Below are positions 1-8,794 of a stretch of 64,000 nucleotides of DNA, piece after piece (positions within the stretch are counted from its first letter, which is position 1; the number at the start of each line of letters is the position of its first letter). Under the pieces are notes generated by a model. It was not told where the DNA came from and did not search any database. It saw only the letters and a list, made by a program, of their open reading frames with translations. A program made the translations under genes and the position numbers. The stretch is from a virus: the IMG/VR virus record IMGVR_UViG_3300027317_000001, positions 1,898-65,897 of that record; one strand, written 5' to 3'.

Positions 1-108
1 ATCACGGCCTCTAAGCTCATTCTGGGCGCTCCGCCAAAAACCGTCCAATATGGTACGGTCTAAGCCACCTGCCCAAGAACGCGGAAAAGGGAGAGAAAAC
101 AAAAAAAG

Positions 109-441
109 ATGTTCACACACAGCCAAGTCGTCAAGATCACCGAAGAGCTTCGGCGGCTCACAAACGGCCAACTCGGCCACTTCTACACAAGAAATGACTC
201 ATCTAGAGCATACGTCGATGGCACGTCTCAGGTGGCTTACTACGGTCCGGATTCCGCAGGTCAAGCAGCCTTTTACTACCTTGGCATGCTGCAGCGTGTG
301 TATGAGCACCTGAGCATCTCTGAGGATGCCATGCCTGATTGGGTGCGAGACTTCCTTCAGACTCCGCGTACCGCGCCCAAGTACAGCAAGGCGTTCACCG
401 AAGGCATCGCAACCGCCGACTATTGGAAGGCGAACTTGTAG
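109..441 (+). CDS. hypothetical early-region protein
   Basis: 110-aa ORF with GGAG RBS and A-rich spacer before the ATG; ends just before stem-loop 442-500. Confidence 0.65.
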   Translation: MFTHSQVVKITEELRRLTNGQLGHFYTRNDSSRAYVDGTSQVAYYGPDSAGQAAFYYLGMLQRVYEHLSISEDAMPDWVRDFLQTPRTAPKYSKAFTEGIATADYWKANL

Positions 442-500
442 CCGGACGGCTTTAGCCAGTGACGGGATTTCTCCCGCCACTGGTTATGGTCGGTCGGCTA
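442..500 (+). promoter_or_regulatory. family-1 intergenic stem-loop (TTTAG-hairpin-TTATG)
   Basis: TTTAG 451-455, stem CCAGTGACGGGA/TCCCGCCACTGG, TTATGG 484-489, outer stem TAGCCG/CGGCTA. Confidence 0.75.
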
Positions 501-518
501 AAACAGAAAGGACAAAAA

Positions 519-989
519 ATGGGATTGCGGCCGCGACCGGGAAATAGAACAGCACATAGATTTGCGGCAAGCCTATCACGCAGGCTCAGAAACGCCGGGT
601 ACCGGTTCAAGTACGCCGGAAACATGCTAACCGAAGGAATCAAGATATCACAAGGAATACCCGTAGAAATTCACGCCACGATCACCTTCTGCTACGACTA
701 CTACACAGACTCCATTCGCAAGATCTTCGATTCAATGGTCGAAGATCTTAAAAGCATGGGATATTTCGTCCGGCCAAAAAGAAATGCGCTCTACTGGAAC
801 ATATCCGTGTGGCGCATACCGGCAAAAATTGAGAACATCAATGAAGTTTTGCCGGAAATGTTCGCCGAACTGGAACAGCAAATCGCCAACGGCAGAAGCG
901 AAGAAGAAGCATACAAGGACCTAGCAGGGCAGCTTGGGCTCACCGTTTTTCAAACCGGGATGCTGCAATCCTGTATCGAAGAACAGTAA
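519..989 (+). CDS. hypothetical protein
   Basis: AAAGGA RBS precedes ATG at 519 (likely true start of the 459-989 ORF). Confidence 0.65.
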   Translation: MGLRPRPGNRTAHRFAASLSRRLRNAGYRFKYAGNMLTEGIKISQGIPVEIHATITFCYDYYTDSIRKIFDSMVEDLKSMGYFVRPKRNALYWNISVWRIPAKIENINEVLPEMFAELEQQIANGRSEEEAYKDLAGQLGLTVFQTGMLQSCIEEQ

Positions 990-1015
990 CCAAATCAAGC
1001 GTGCCAACCCCTCAA

Positions 1016-1072
1016 CACTCTGGGCGCTTAACCCGGTACGGATATACGCCGTACCGGGTTAAGCACCCAGTG
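1016..1072 (+). promoter_or_regulatory. long intergenic hairpin, variant of family 1
   Basis: CACTCTGGGCGCTTAACCCGGTACGG-ATATACG-CCGTACCGGGTTAAGCACCCAGTG; TTAA...TAA spacing similar to other members. Confidence 0.6.
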
Positions 1073-1100
1073 CACGCTCCCAAACACGTTAAAGGCAGAG

Positions 1101-1472
1101 ATGCTCATCAACTGCGATAACTGCCGTCAAAAAAGCAACGGTAGCGCGTTTTTCCACAACGGGCATTACTACAACCGGCTCAAACCATTCATGGGATATC
1201 CCCTGTATCGAAACATTTGCGACAACAGCATCCTCACCACTTTCGGTACAGGGGACACCCTGAAGAACGCGCTCGATATCGGGTCCATCAGCCGAATCAG
1301 CCCCACCGAATGGGAAGCCGCAATCTCCTACGGCGAATGCGGCACAGTATGGACTCAAAGATTTCCCCACACCTACCCGGTGCCGGACATTTTCGCTAAG
1401 ATCGTCCGGATCTATGAAATGTACCGTACCATTGATGACGCATTCACGCGCATCATAACAGCCTACTCATGA
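1101..1472 (+). CDS. hypothetical protein (N-terminal CxxC)
   Basis: 123-aa ORF, AAAGG RBS, lies between two hairpins. Confidence 0.65.
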   Translation: MLINCDNCRQKSNGSAFFHNGHYYNRLKPFMGYPLYRNICDNSILTTFGTGDTLKNALDIGSISRISPTEWEAAISYGECGTVWTQRFPHTYPVPDIFAKIVRIYEMYRTIDDAFTRIITAYS

Positions 1473-1473
1473 G

Positions 1474-1530
1474 CTGATCAGCTTTAGTCGGCAGCGGGAC
1501 CAGTCCCGCTGCCGGGTATGGTCGATCAGC
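1474..1530 (+). promoter_or_regulatory. family-1 intergenic stem-loop
   Basis: CTGATC..TTTAG(1483)-TCGGCAGCGGGAC CA GTCCCGCTGCCGG-GTATGG..GATCAG. Confidence 0.8.
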
Positions 1531-1552
1531 AAAAATACAAAGGAGAAAAACC

Positions 1553-1912
1553 ATGGCAAAAATGCCGCCCATTACCCCCAAAGATACAGGCACGTGGGTC
1601 GATGAAGCCATTCACGGACGATTTACTTGCCTTCAAATCCTGGAAATCGCATGGGATTACGGGTGGCGGCCGGGCGCGGGAACTGATCCCCGACCTGAGG
1701 CTGACCGGATCCACGAATACCACAACGTCATCAGCGCATTCCGCGAAGACAAAAGCGAACTTCCCAACGGGATCGACATCGACGAAGCCTTGCATGAATA
1801 CCTTGATGAAGCAGAACAGCACATGAACAGTCTCGCTCCAAAAGGGTACGCCTTCACTTACACGCCAGAAGGTAGCTTCGTGCTGATGGAAGCCGAAACG
1901 GACTGCTTCTGA
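1553..1912 (+). CDS. hypothetical protein
   Basis: AAAGGAG RBS, 119 aa. Confidence 0.7.
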   Translation: MAKMPPITPKDTGTWVDEAIHGRFTCLQILEIAWDYGWRPGAGTDPRPEADRIHEYHNVISAFREDKSELPNGIDIDEALHEYLDEAEQHMNSLAPKGYAFTYTPEGSFVLMEAETDCF

Positions 1913-1961
1913 TCCTTTAGTCCGGCGCGGCCGCCGACCGCGCCGGGGTATAGGCTCAGAA
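1908..1961 (+). promoter_or_regulatory. family-1 intergenic stem-loop
   Basis: TCTGATCC-TTTAG(1916)-TCCGGCGCGG..CCGCGCCGGG-GTATAG-GCTCAGA. Confidence 0.8.
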
Positions 1962-1980
1962 CAAAACAAGGAGAAAAACC

Positions 1981-2634
1981 ATGTGGTTAATCACCGAACT
2001 AGTCAACCATGGCATTATCCCCAGTGTGCACCACTGGAACAGGGCATACACTGATGACAAGCCACTCATCATCAAAGGTCCATGGGAATGGCGCATCCAC
2101 CCCGAGTACGGCACGCTCACTCATATGGCCAACTACTCGTGGCTGAGTCGCCGCTACCCGGATTTCGTGCGACCCACCATAACCACGGACGGAATTCGCA
2201 CTCTTCAAATTTTTCCCCGCGCGTTTTCCCTGCCCCACCTTCGATCTGAGGCTGTAAACCTCACCAACACGCTGATTACCACGGCCAAAAACAATAAACT
2301 CATTAACCCAAATGAGCTTGAACGAGTTATCGAACACCTTGCTATAGACGACTGGTATCAGCGTACCGGTCCCAAATTCCTCAACTCGGTAGCCAAACTC
2401 ACCGGAATTAGATTCCCCGTCAGCAATCGAAGCTACCAAGTCTTTAAAGCCATTCTAGAAAAGTACAAGACATGGACTCTCTTCAAAGGGCTTACCATCA
2501 CCTATCGTGGACTGCCCGACAAGCTAGAGTTTCAGCTGGATTTCGCCAAGCTTGCAATCGAGCGAGGGCTTGACTTCTCCGCAAACCGGGTTACTTCCCG
2601 GGGGCGCGAGATCTTGAGCAAGCTTACACCTTGA
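1981..2634 (+). CDS. hypothetical protein
   Basis: AAGGAG RBS, 217 aa. Confidence 0.7.
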   Translation: MWLITELVNHGIIPSVHHWNRAYTDDKPLIIKGPWEWRIHPEYGTLTHMANYSWLSRRYPDFVRPTITTDGIRTLQIFPRAFSLPHLRSEAVNLTNTLITTAKNNKLINPNELERVIEHLAIDDWYQRTGPKFLNSVAKLTGIRFPVSNRSYQVFKAILEKYKTWTLFKGLTITYRGLPDKLEFQLDFAKLAIERGLDFSANRVTSRGREILSKLTP

Positions 2635-2682
2635 GCATTTAGCGCGGCGCGTTCATGAGAACGCGACGCGTTATATGCTCAG
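2629..2682 (+). promoter_or_regulatory. family-1 intergenic stem-loop
   Basis: TGAGCA-TTTAG(2638)-CGCGGCGCGTTC ATGA GAACGCGACGCG-TTATA-TGCTCA. Confidence 0.8.
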
Positions 2683-2758
2683 GGGCAAGCAAAAAAACCA
2701 AAATTTTCATAACTTCCCTGATATTAAATACCGGCCAAAACTACAAGGAGAGTACCCG

Positions 2759-2971
2759 ATGCGAGAGATCACCGAGCGATTCACCAAGGACGACGGCACC
2801 GTCATCACGGTGAGCGCCATCTTCGCGGGCGAGACCGCCACGCTGTACGAGCACACGCGGAACGGCAGGCGCTCGTTTTTCACAGGCTCCCCGGCTCAGA
2901 TTGAGACGATTATGAAGCACTTCCGCGCCGACATGGAGCGCTACGGCTACCGCGCCGAACGTGTCGGCTGA
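2759..2971 (+). CDS. hypothetical protein
   Basis: AAGGAG RBS before ATG 2759 (likely true start within the 2675-2971 ORF); GC-rich codons. Confidence 0.6.
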   Translation: MREITERFTKDDGTVITVSAIFAGETATLYEHTRNGRRSFFTGSPAQIETIMKHFRADMERYGYRAERVG

Positions 2972-3001
2972 CTACCCGGACCGGACCACATGCCCGGTTA
3001 G

Positions 3002-3048
3002 TTGACGCGCTCCCCTCCCTTCAAGGGGAGGGGAGGGGAGCACGTCAA
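3002..3048. mobile_element. minimal palindromic IS200/IS605-end remnant (head-to-head ends)
   Basis: TTGACGCGCTCCCC...GGGGAGCACGTCAA, each arm resembling the GGGGAG(G/C)ACGTCAA ends at 10611, 17241 and 41536. Confidence 0.5.
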
Positions 3049-3128
3049 TGTCTCCAAGCGGCTCGATCAGCTCAAAAGCCAGTAGAGGGCGAATGGGTTC
3101 CTCCCGCCGGAACCGCGTTAGTGGGAAG

Positions 3129-3308
3129 ATGCCGATTTTCGCCAAAGGAGAAGACATGGCCATCCACATACTGACCATGCGGATCATGGCGGACCCGAAA
3201 ATCAGCACCGAGCAAATCTGCGATGAAATCTACCGGGCCTGCGCGGATGTGCCGTTCGCCTTTGACATCACCAGCATCCAGGAAGAAGACCCCCACACAA
3301 ACGGGTGA
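3129..3308 (+). CDS. small hypothetical protein
   Basis: within the 3048-3308 ORF; start at ATG 3129 or 3157 (AAAGGAG RBS favours 3157). Confidence 0.45.
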   Translation: MPIFAKGEDMAIHILTMRIMADPKISTEQICDEIYRACADVPFAFDITSIQEEDPHTNG

Positions 3309-3360
3309 ACACGCAGAGGTCCGTAATCATTATTCGATACATCAACCCATAGGAGATCAA

Positions 3361-3888
3361 ATGCCGAGATGCACTTACATCACACCTCACGCGACCATCC
3401 CGCTCGACTACATCGACGGTGATCTCCACGAGATCGCCCATGGGTATCGCTACGAAATGGCGGAACTCTGCCGCAAGTACCACATCCCCCACCGCTATAT
3501 CACTCCGTATATCAGCCAGTGGAGCTCCGGTTTCGTCATCCAAAGCAATCAAAACTTCGATGACAACCATGTCACGTTGTTAACCACCGACGGTACGTGG
3601 GTGCGACTCCCGCTGAAAGCTGGGGCTGCCCAGTACAAGACGTTGATGCGCCTCGACGACTACGAGCGGCTCATGCAGGACATCGAGGCGGACTACCCGC
3701 CGGGCAGCATCACCGCCACCCTGTCAGCCACGCTCAAGCAAATTCTTGAGGTCTGGGCAAACGCAAAGGCGAACGGGTGTAACCACCTAGACCTGCGAGT
3801 CTTGGATGAAATCGTGGCCGCTCGTCTCAACCCGTTCGTGCAATCCTGGCTGAAACAGGACGCGGAGGAAATCTCCTACTCGGCTTAG
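3361..3888 (+). CDS. hypothetical protein
   Basis: AGGAG RBS before ATG 3361. Confidence 0.65.
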   Translation: MPRCTYITPHATIPLDYIDGDLHEIAHGYRYEMAELCRKYHIPHRYITPYISQWSSGFVIQSNQNFDDNHVTLLTTDGTWVRLPLKAGAAQYKTLMRLDDYERLMQDIEADYPPGSITATLSATLKQILEVWANAKANGCNHLDLRVLDEIVAARLNPFVQSWLKQDAEEISYSA

Positions 3889-3972
3889 GAAATCACGGTT
3901 CACGTGCATTCCCGGTTTCTGATCTTTTAGTCCGGCGCGGTCGGCGGCCGCGCCGGGGTATGGGATCAGAAC
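3870..3972 (+). repeat. about 103-bp near-identical repeat (copy 1) including a family-1 stem-loop
   Basis: matches 6134-6236 with a few substitutions; TTTAG at 3926. Confidence 0.85.
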
Positions 3973-4126
3973 GCCTAGAGAAAAGAGAGAGAGAGAGAAA
4001 GCCAAAATGGACCACTTCACACTCGTAAGCGCGCTCGATAGGGATGCGCAGCGTGAGGAAGTCGAGCGGTCCGTGCTGCGAATCTCCGAGTGACTCGCGC
4101 GAGTCACCTAGTGAACTGTCGGTAAG

Positions 4127-4179
4127 GGATTCCCCGGCCACCGGTCGGCGGAATCCGTCGCCCGGTGGCCGGGGAATCC
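4127..4179 (+). repeat. family-2 53-nt hairpin (copy 1)
   Basis: GGATTCCCCGGCCACCGG...CCGGTGGCCGGGGAATCC; related copies at 4853 and 5425. Confidence 0.8.
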
Positions 4180-4233
4180 GGCAAAGCCGGAGACACCACC
4201 ACCAACCACCACAACAGGAGTGGAGACTCACCA

Positions 4234-4805
4234 TGTGGCACAACAACACGACTGTCAACCGGGCTAAGGATCTGGCTAAGGAAATCGCCGCGATTCTCGG
4301 CTACGAAGTCGTGATCAAGTCGTTCCCTCCCGCTACCCGTATCGAGCTGATCAGTGGCACAAAGCGTCTGATCCTGCACCAGGATGCACGGGAGTCTAAG
4401 CGGATGACCATCATGGGAGGCTTCCCGGACGGTTACAACCGCTACGTCGTCGGTTACAAGCAGCCGAGCATCGGCGTTTCCCTTTCGCGTAGCGCAGCGT
4501 CCATCGCCCGGGATATTCAGCGACGGCTGCTCGGCACGTATGAGCAGCTGCTGGGTGAGGTTATGGCGGTGATGGACGAAAAGACCAAGAACGCTCAGAC
4601 CATGCGGGAGATCGGCCATGACCTCGCTAGCCGGATCTCGGGAAGCAGCGTTCGCGAGTGGGACGAGCATTCTGCCGACATCCGGACGCCCCACGGCGAT
4701 GTGATCAGCATCCGGCCTAACGGCAGTGCCCGCGTCACAATCACCACGGACAACATCGAGTTTCTGCGGGACCTCGCCGACCTGATCAACAAGCACTTCA
4801 GCTAA
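4234..4805 (+). CDS. hypothetical protein
   Basis: GGAG RBS before ATG 4234 (MWHNNTT). Confidence 0.65.
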
Positions 4806-4852
4806 CCGGTCGCCCCACCCGTTAGCCGGAAATCCGATCGTCGGGTGGGGAC

Positions 4853-4905
4853 GGGTTCTCTGGTCACCGGGCGACAGAATCCGTCGCCCGGTGGCCGGGG
4901 AATCC
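4853..4905 (+). repeat. family-2 53-nt hairpin (copy 2)
   Basis: 3' arm and downstream leader (GGCAAAGCCGGAGAC-ACC-rich-ACAGGAGTGG) shared with 4127-4230. Confidence 0.8.
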
Positions 4906-4955
4906 GGCAAAGCCGGAGACAACACCACCACCACACGAGTACAGGAGTGGCTGAC

Positions 4956-5423
4956 ATGTGGATTCCCGACGGCTGGGGAGTGCAGAGCAGCAGCGAAACC
5001 ATCGGCGGTGACAACCAGATCACCGATAGTTACTCTGTCCGCTATCTACTGGCTGACGACAACGGAAACCCGAAGACACGCATCGACTCCGATGGCCGTA
5101 AGGTCTATGCGGTGCTGACCGTCTATGTCTACGCTGCGGCGCGCATGGATGAGCTCGGCAATTTGGAGCCGGACTCTGACGGTCAGCCGGTTATCTGGCT
5201 GGCTACCCAAGTCGAGCGGATGCTCTGCACTACCCCAGAAGATCCGGGCAGTACGGAGATCTGGTCTGACTACGAGTACACCGATCTTGACCAGTTCTTC
5301 GTCACCCAAGAAGCAGCCGACGTTGCGGCACGTCGCATGGCCGAACTTTACGCGGCTGACGCTCAGCTGTTCCAGCGCGATTTCGATTGGGACGGCCTCG
5401 CTCCGTGGGAGCGGTACGCCTGA
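4956..5423 (+). CDS. hypothetical acidic protein
   Basis: AGGAG RBS before ATG 4956 (MWIPDGW). Confidence 0.65.
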   Translation: MWIPDGWGVQSSSETIGGDNQITDSYSVRYLLADDNGNPKTRIDSDGRKVYAVLTVYVYAAARMDELGNLEPDSDGQPVIWLATQVERMLCTTPEDPGSTEIWSDYEYTDLDQFFVTQEAADVAARRMAELYAADAQLFQRDFDWDGLAPWERYA

Positions 5424-5444
5424 CGGGTTCTCTGGTTACCGGTC
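5339..5444 (+). repeat. 106-bp exact direct repeat (copy 1)
   Basis: identical to 6013-6118. Confidence 0.9.
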
Positions 5445-5477
5445 GGCGGATTCCGCCGACCGGTGGCTGGGGTATCC
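5425..5477 (+). repeat. family-2 53-nt hairpin (copy 3)
   Basis: GGGTTCTCTGGTTACCGGTCGGCGGA T TCCGCCGACCGGTGGCTGGGGTATCC. Confidence 0.8.
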
Positions 5478-5509
5478 GGCAGTACTGTATCCGCTGTTAG
5501 GAGTGATCG

Positions 5510-5680
5510 ATGGTCGCATATGTGGAGCCGGTAGTGGATCGTTTCGGGTTCCTTTACTACGAGATCCGATACGAGGCGAATGGTAAGATCACGGCGGGTC
5601 CCCGGTATTGCTACCGGGAGGTGGCGATCCAGGTTCTCCAGAGCTTGGCTAAGAACCTCGGGTGCACGATTCGCACTTGA
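5510..5680 (+). CDS. small hypothetical protein (56 aa, absent from the ORF track)
   Basis: AGGAG RBS; translates MVAYVEPVVDRFGFLYYEIRY...LGCTIRT*; stop is the TGA within the TTGA end of an IS605-type right end. Confidence 0.6.
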   Translation: MVAYVEPVVDRFGFLYYEIRYEANGKITAGPRYCYREVAIQVLQSLAKNLGCTIRT

Positions 5681-5805
5681 CCTAACTCTGCCCCGGCCGC
5701 GGGGCCGGGGCTTCCTTGTTCATCCGCTGGCGCTCAGCTCCCGATGCAATCCGGCTTATGGTCCGGCTACCCTCACGCCTCGGTCTGTAGCGGAAGGACG
5801 CGGCC
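5677..5805 (-). mobile_element. orphan IS200/IS605 right end / TnpB omega-RNA-like segment
   Basis: minus strand reads ...CGGATGAACAAGGAAGCCCCGGCCCCGCGGCCGGGGCAGAGTTAGGTCAA: subterminal hairpin plus TCAA end typical of tnpB 3' regions. Confidence 0.6.
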
Positions 5806-5806
5806 T

Positions 5807-6012
5807 ATGACCCCCGACCCCACCCGGAAGGAGGGGAGCAACCTTGACGAACTGGCCGCCCGCCGATCGGCTCGGCGCGCAAACACCGCGGGTTAGCAAG
5901 GTCCCCACCTACATCTCCACGGCCGGGCCTGAGTGTGTGGAGCTGGCCGAGGCCGTGGGACTGGTCCTGCACCCGTGGCAGCGCTACGTCCTGAAGCATG
6001 GCCTCGGGGAGC
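5807..6012 (+). pseudogene. 5' fragment resembling an actinobacterial siphovirus/prophage terminase large subunit
   Basis: LGAQTPRV..P....AGPECVELAEAVGLVLHPWQRYVLKHGLGERP resembles the N-terminus before Walker A; sequence then switches into the 106-bp duplication. Confidence 0.6.
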
Positions 6013-6118
6013 GGCCGAACTTTACGCGGCTGACGCTCAGCTGTTCCAGCGCGATTTCGATTGGGACGGCCTCGCTCCGTGGGAGCGGTACGCCTGACGG
6101 GTTCTCTGGTTACCGGTC
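6013..6118 (+). repeat. 106-bp exact direct repeat (copy 2)
   Basis: identical to 5339-5444. Confidence 0.9.
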
Positions 6119-6133
6119 AGCCAGTTATCTGGC

Positions 6134-6236
6134 AATCTCCTACTCGGCTTAAGAAATCACAGTTCACGCGCATTCCCAGTTTCTGATCCTTTAGTCCGGC
6201 GCGGTCGGCGGCCGCGCCGGGGTATGAGATCAGAAA
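6134..6236 (+). repeat. about 103-bp near-identical repeat (copy 2) including a family-1 stem-loop
   Basis: matches 3870-3972; TTTAG at 6190. Confidence 0.85.
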
Positions 6237-6262
6237 CCTAGGTAGAAGAGAGAGATAAAGAA

Positions 6263-6910
6263 ATGGCACGACCTGAGTCTCTTCAAAAACCAGTAGCAAT
6301 AACCTATATGGAATCCCCAGCAAATGCGCTGCTAATCACCACCTGCTCGTACGGCAAAGACTACGCTGTAGGAATCGAAAACACCCAGCCCAACGGGGAA
6401 TGGGGAAAATATGTCTGTATTGGAGTCTATGAAAGGCGTGCCATCGCACTTAACCGCCACAATCGGCTCGTAAACCAATACATCAAGAAAGGCTTCAGCG
6501 TCACCCGGCACGCCGTAGACAACACTACAGAAACCGGACCCCTAACCCGGTGCACCAAGTGCTATTGGCTGTACGAGCGGGAAGGCATCCCCTACGGCAT
6601 CCATCTCTACCGGAGAATCAGCGACCGCCACGGAGCAGAGTGGTATTACAGCATATGCATTGACGTGCACCTCACAACATTCAACACAGCAAAAATCATC
6701 GATCAAAGCCGCATTCTCGGCATCGTCCGCTCGACTCCCAGCGACTACCACGCAGATCTGTACGATCTGAACGTCAACGCGAACATACCAGTACGGTCAA
6801 TAACCTTCTCAAAGACGCGCTCTAAGATCACGAGCGACAACGTGTGCGAAGCGCTCGTCAGCACCTATCACTCGTACAAGGAAGAGCTCAGAGATCACAT
6901 AGTGATCTGA
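6263..6910 (+). CDS. hypothetical protein
   Basis: 215-aa ORF downstream of a family-1 hairpin. Confidence 0.65.
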   Translation: MARPESLQKPVAITYMESPANALLITTCSYGKDYAVGIENTQPNGEWGKYVCIGVYERRAIALNRHNRLVNQYIKKGFSVTRHAVDNTTETGPLTRCTKCYWLYEREGIPYGIHLYRRISDRHGAEWYYSICIDVHLTTFNTAKIIDQSRILGIVRSTPSDYHADLYDLNVNANIPVRSITFSKTRSKITSDNVCEALVSTYHSYKEELRDHIVI

Positions 6911-6919
6911 GCGCTCAAC

Positions 6920-7174
6920 ATGACAAGGAGGTACGGTATGCGGATCATGCACGAGTCCTTCATCCGCGGCGATGAAAAGATCAGCCTAACCGCGCTGCTA
7001 AATGGTGCACATTCAACTCTCACGGTAAACCAGTGGGTACGTGAAATGATCACAAGCTCCGACGTTTGCACAAACGCTGAGCAGGTGATCTCTGCACGGT
7101 TCAACGCTCGTGTCACTTGGCTGAAGAACCGTGGCTACAACCGCATTGGCGGATACGAAAAAACCATCCAGTAG
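6920..7174 (+). CDS. hypothetical protein
   Basis: AAGGAGG RBS favours a start at ATG 6938. Confidence 0.6.
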   Translation: MTRRYGMRIMHESFIRGDEKISLTALLNGAHSTLTVNQWVREMITSSDVCTNAEQVISARFNARVTWLKNRGYNRIGGYEKTIQ

Positions 7175-7231
7175 CCGACCGGATCTAATCGGTAATGGGC
7201 TCAGTCCCATTACCGGTTATGTTCGATCGGA
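7173..7231 (+). promoter_or_regulatory. family-1 intergenic stem-loop variant
   Basis: CCGACCGGA-TCTAAT-CGGTAATGGG..CCCATTACCG-GTTATG-TTCGATCGG. Confidence 0.7.
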
Positions 7232-7243
7232 ACAGGGAAGGCC

Positions 7244-7699
7244 ATGGGAGAGAAAAGGATTACCCACAGCTCAATACTCGCGCTGATAATGACCCTGGAA
7301 AACATCCATCCCAAGCAGATCACAAACGAAATCATCCAGATCAACGGGGAAGAATACCACATCGCTCCAGAAGGCAGCGAAAACAACGTGTACGAAGTCG
7401 AAAACGGTTCCATGGCAGTCAAATGGAACCCCTGCGGTCGTCGCTGCAACGCGGAACAGCACTATTCCAAGATCGACCGCTACGCACCACACTGGTGCCC
7501 TGCCCTGATAATGAGCTGCCCTCATCCCACATTAGCGACAGGCGTTTTCCAAGATTGGCGAAGGGTCATTCAATGGTGCAACGACGAGCAGCGCATCATC
7601 GCCACCATTTACCCGACCGTAGAAGAAGCAACCAACGTCTACAACAAACTAGTTGAACAGTTCACCACGCGTGAACTCTCGCAACCTGTGCTGTTTTAA
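7244..7699 (+). CDS. hypothetical protein, C-terminal QPVLF
   Basis: 151-aa ORF, GGGAAGG RBS. Confidence 0.6.
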   Translation: MGEKRITHSSILALIMTLENIHPKQITNEIIQINGEEYHIAPEGSENNVYEVENGSMAVKWNPCGRRCNAEQHYSKIDRYAPHWCPALIMSCPHPTLATGVFQDWRRVIQWCNDEQRIIATIYPTVEEATNVYNKLVEQFTTRELSQPVLF

Positions 7700-7742
7700 T
7701 CAGTTCCGGAGCTCACCACGCCCGGGGCTGGTTATGACGGCT
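7691..7742 (+). promoter_or_regulatory. family-1 intergenic stem-loop variant
   Basis: TTTAAT-CAGTTCCGG..CCGGGGCTG-GTTATG, two G.U-type pairs. Confidence 0.6.
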
Positions 7743-7759
7743 CAGTGCGGGAGGCCGAA

Positions 7760-8071
7760 ATGAGAAAGATACCAATTGAAGCAAAAATTCACCAAGCATT
7801 AACCGGGGTTCTCAACCTGATGGGATTAAAAGAACCCAAGGACGTTACAATCCGCAACGCCTACCTTTGCCGATACACCGGTAAGGGTTACACCACCGAG
7901 CACACAAAAACAACATGCCAGCCGCTTAACCCGATCGCTGCAGCGAAAATGAAAAGATACCGGGCGCTTTTCGAACAGCGGTTGGAAGACCTAAAAGACT
8001 ACTCAGTTGAGGTAGTCCACGATCCGGAATCCAAGCGCCTACTGCGCATCATCGTAAGCAAGCGAAACTAG
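7760..8071 (+). CDS. hypothetical basic protein
   Basis: GGGAGG RBS before ATG 7760. Confidence 0.6.
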   Translation: MRKIPIEAKIHQALTGVLNLMGLKEPKDVTIRNAYLCRYTGKGYTTEHTKTTCQPLNPIAAAKMKRYRALFEQRLEDLKDYSVEVVHDPESKRLLRIIVSKRN

Positions 8072-8089
8072 CAGAGAAAGGAAGAAAGC

Positions 8090-8743
8090 ATGCTCGAAGA
8101 GATCTACCCGATCAGCATCACCCCGATCGAGGATGGTAAGAAGATCGCCCTCAAGGCGCCCTTCCATCCCGACTGTGCCGACAACGCGAAGTCCATCGGC
8201 GGGCGATACAACCGAGACCGTGGATGGGTTTTCGACGCCCAAGACGAGGCTCGGGTTCGGCAGCTCGCTCGAGAAATCTGGGGAACCGACGGCAGCCACC
8301 CGGTCCCCACATTAACCGTGCTGGTAAACCTTGACGAGATCGACGCCGATATCAGGAGCCAGGAACTCTGGCTCTTCGGACGTAGGATCGCCTACCGTCC
8401 GCGGCGCGATGCAAAGGTCGTACTCGGTGCTGGCGTGATCATCGTCCACGGCGGGTTCCAGTATCGCGGGGGAAGCATGCGCTATCCGGAGCTCGCTCCG
8501 AAGGATGGCACCATCCTGGAGGTGCGGTATGTCCCGCACGAGCACAAGGATCTGAGGCTTCCCGGTATCACCGTCAAGGATGGCGAGATTCCAGACCAGC
8601 TCACCGGAGACGAGCTGATTGCAACTCTCCGGGACCTGGTATGCGACCTGTGGCAGGCAGCCAAGCACGGCCACCCTCTCCCAGAGGACATCACAGCGAG
8701 GATGCAGAGGGCAGGTATCACCCTCCCGGAGAATCACGACTAA
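8090..8743 (+). CDS. conserved phage/plasmid-type hypothetical protein
   Basis: AAAGGAAG RBS; N-terminal APFHP..A.SIGGRY...W.F pattern seen in many phage hypotheticals. Confidence 0.7.
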   Translation: MLEEIYPISITPIEDGKKIALKAPFHPDCADNAKSIGGRYNRDRGWVFDAQDEARVRQLAREIWGTDGSHPVPTLTVLVNLDEIDADIRSQELWLFGRRIAYRPRRDAKVVLGAGVIIVHGGFQYRGGSMRYPELAPKDGTILEVRYVPHEHKDLRLPGITVKDGEIPDQLTGDELIATLRDLVCDLWQAAKHGHPLPEDITARMQRAGITLPENHD

Positions 8744-8794
8744 CCCTCCTGTCCGGCCGGGTGGGCAACCGCCCACCCGGCTCACCAAGACCTC

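Noticed and set aside
442-7742. Canonical integron attC array
   Set aside because: No RYYYAAC/GTTRRRY boxes in the right order and no integrase in the window. Kept as a structural analogy only.
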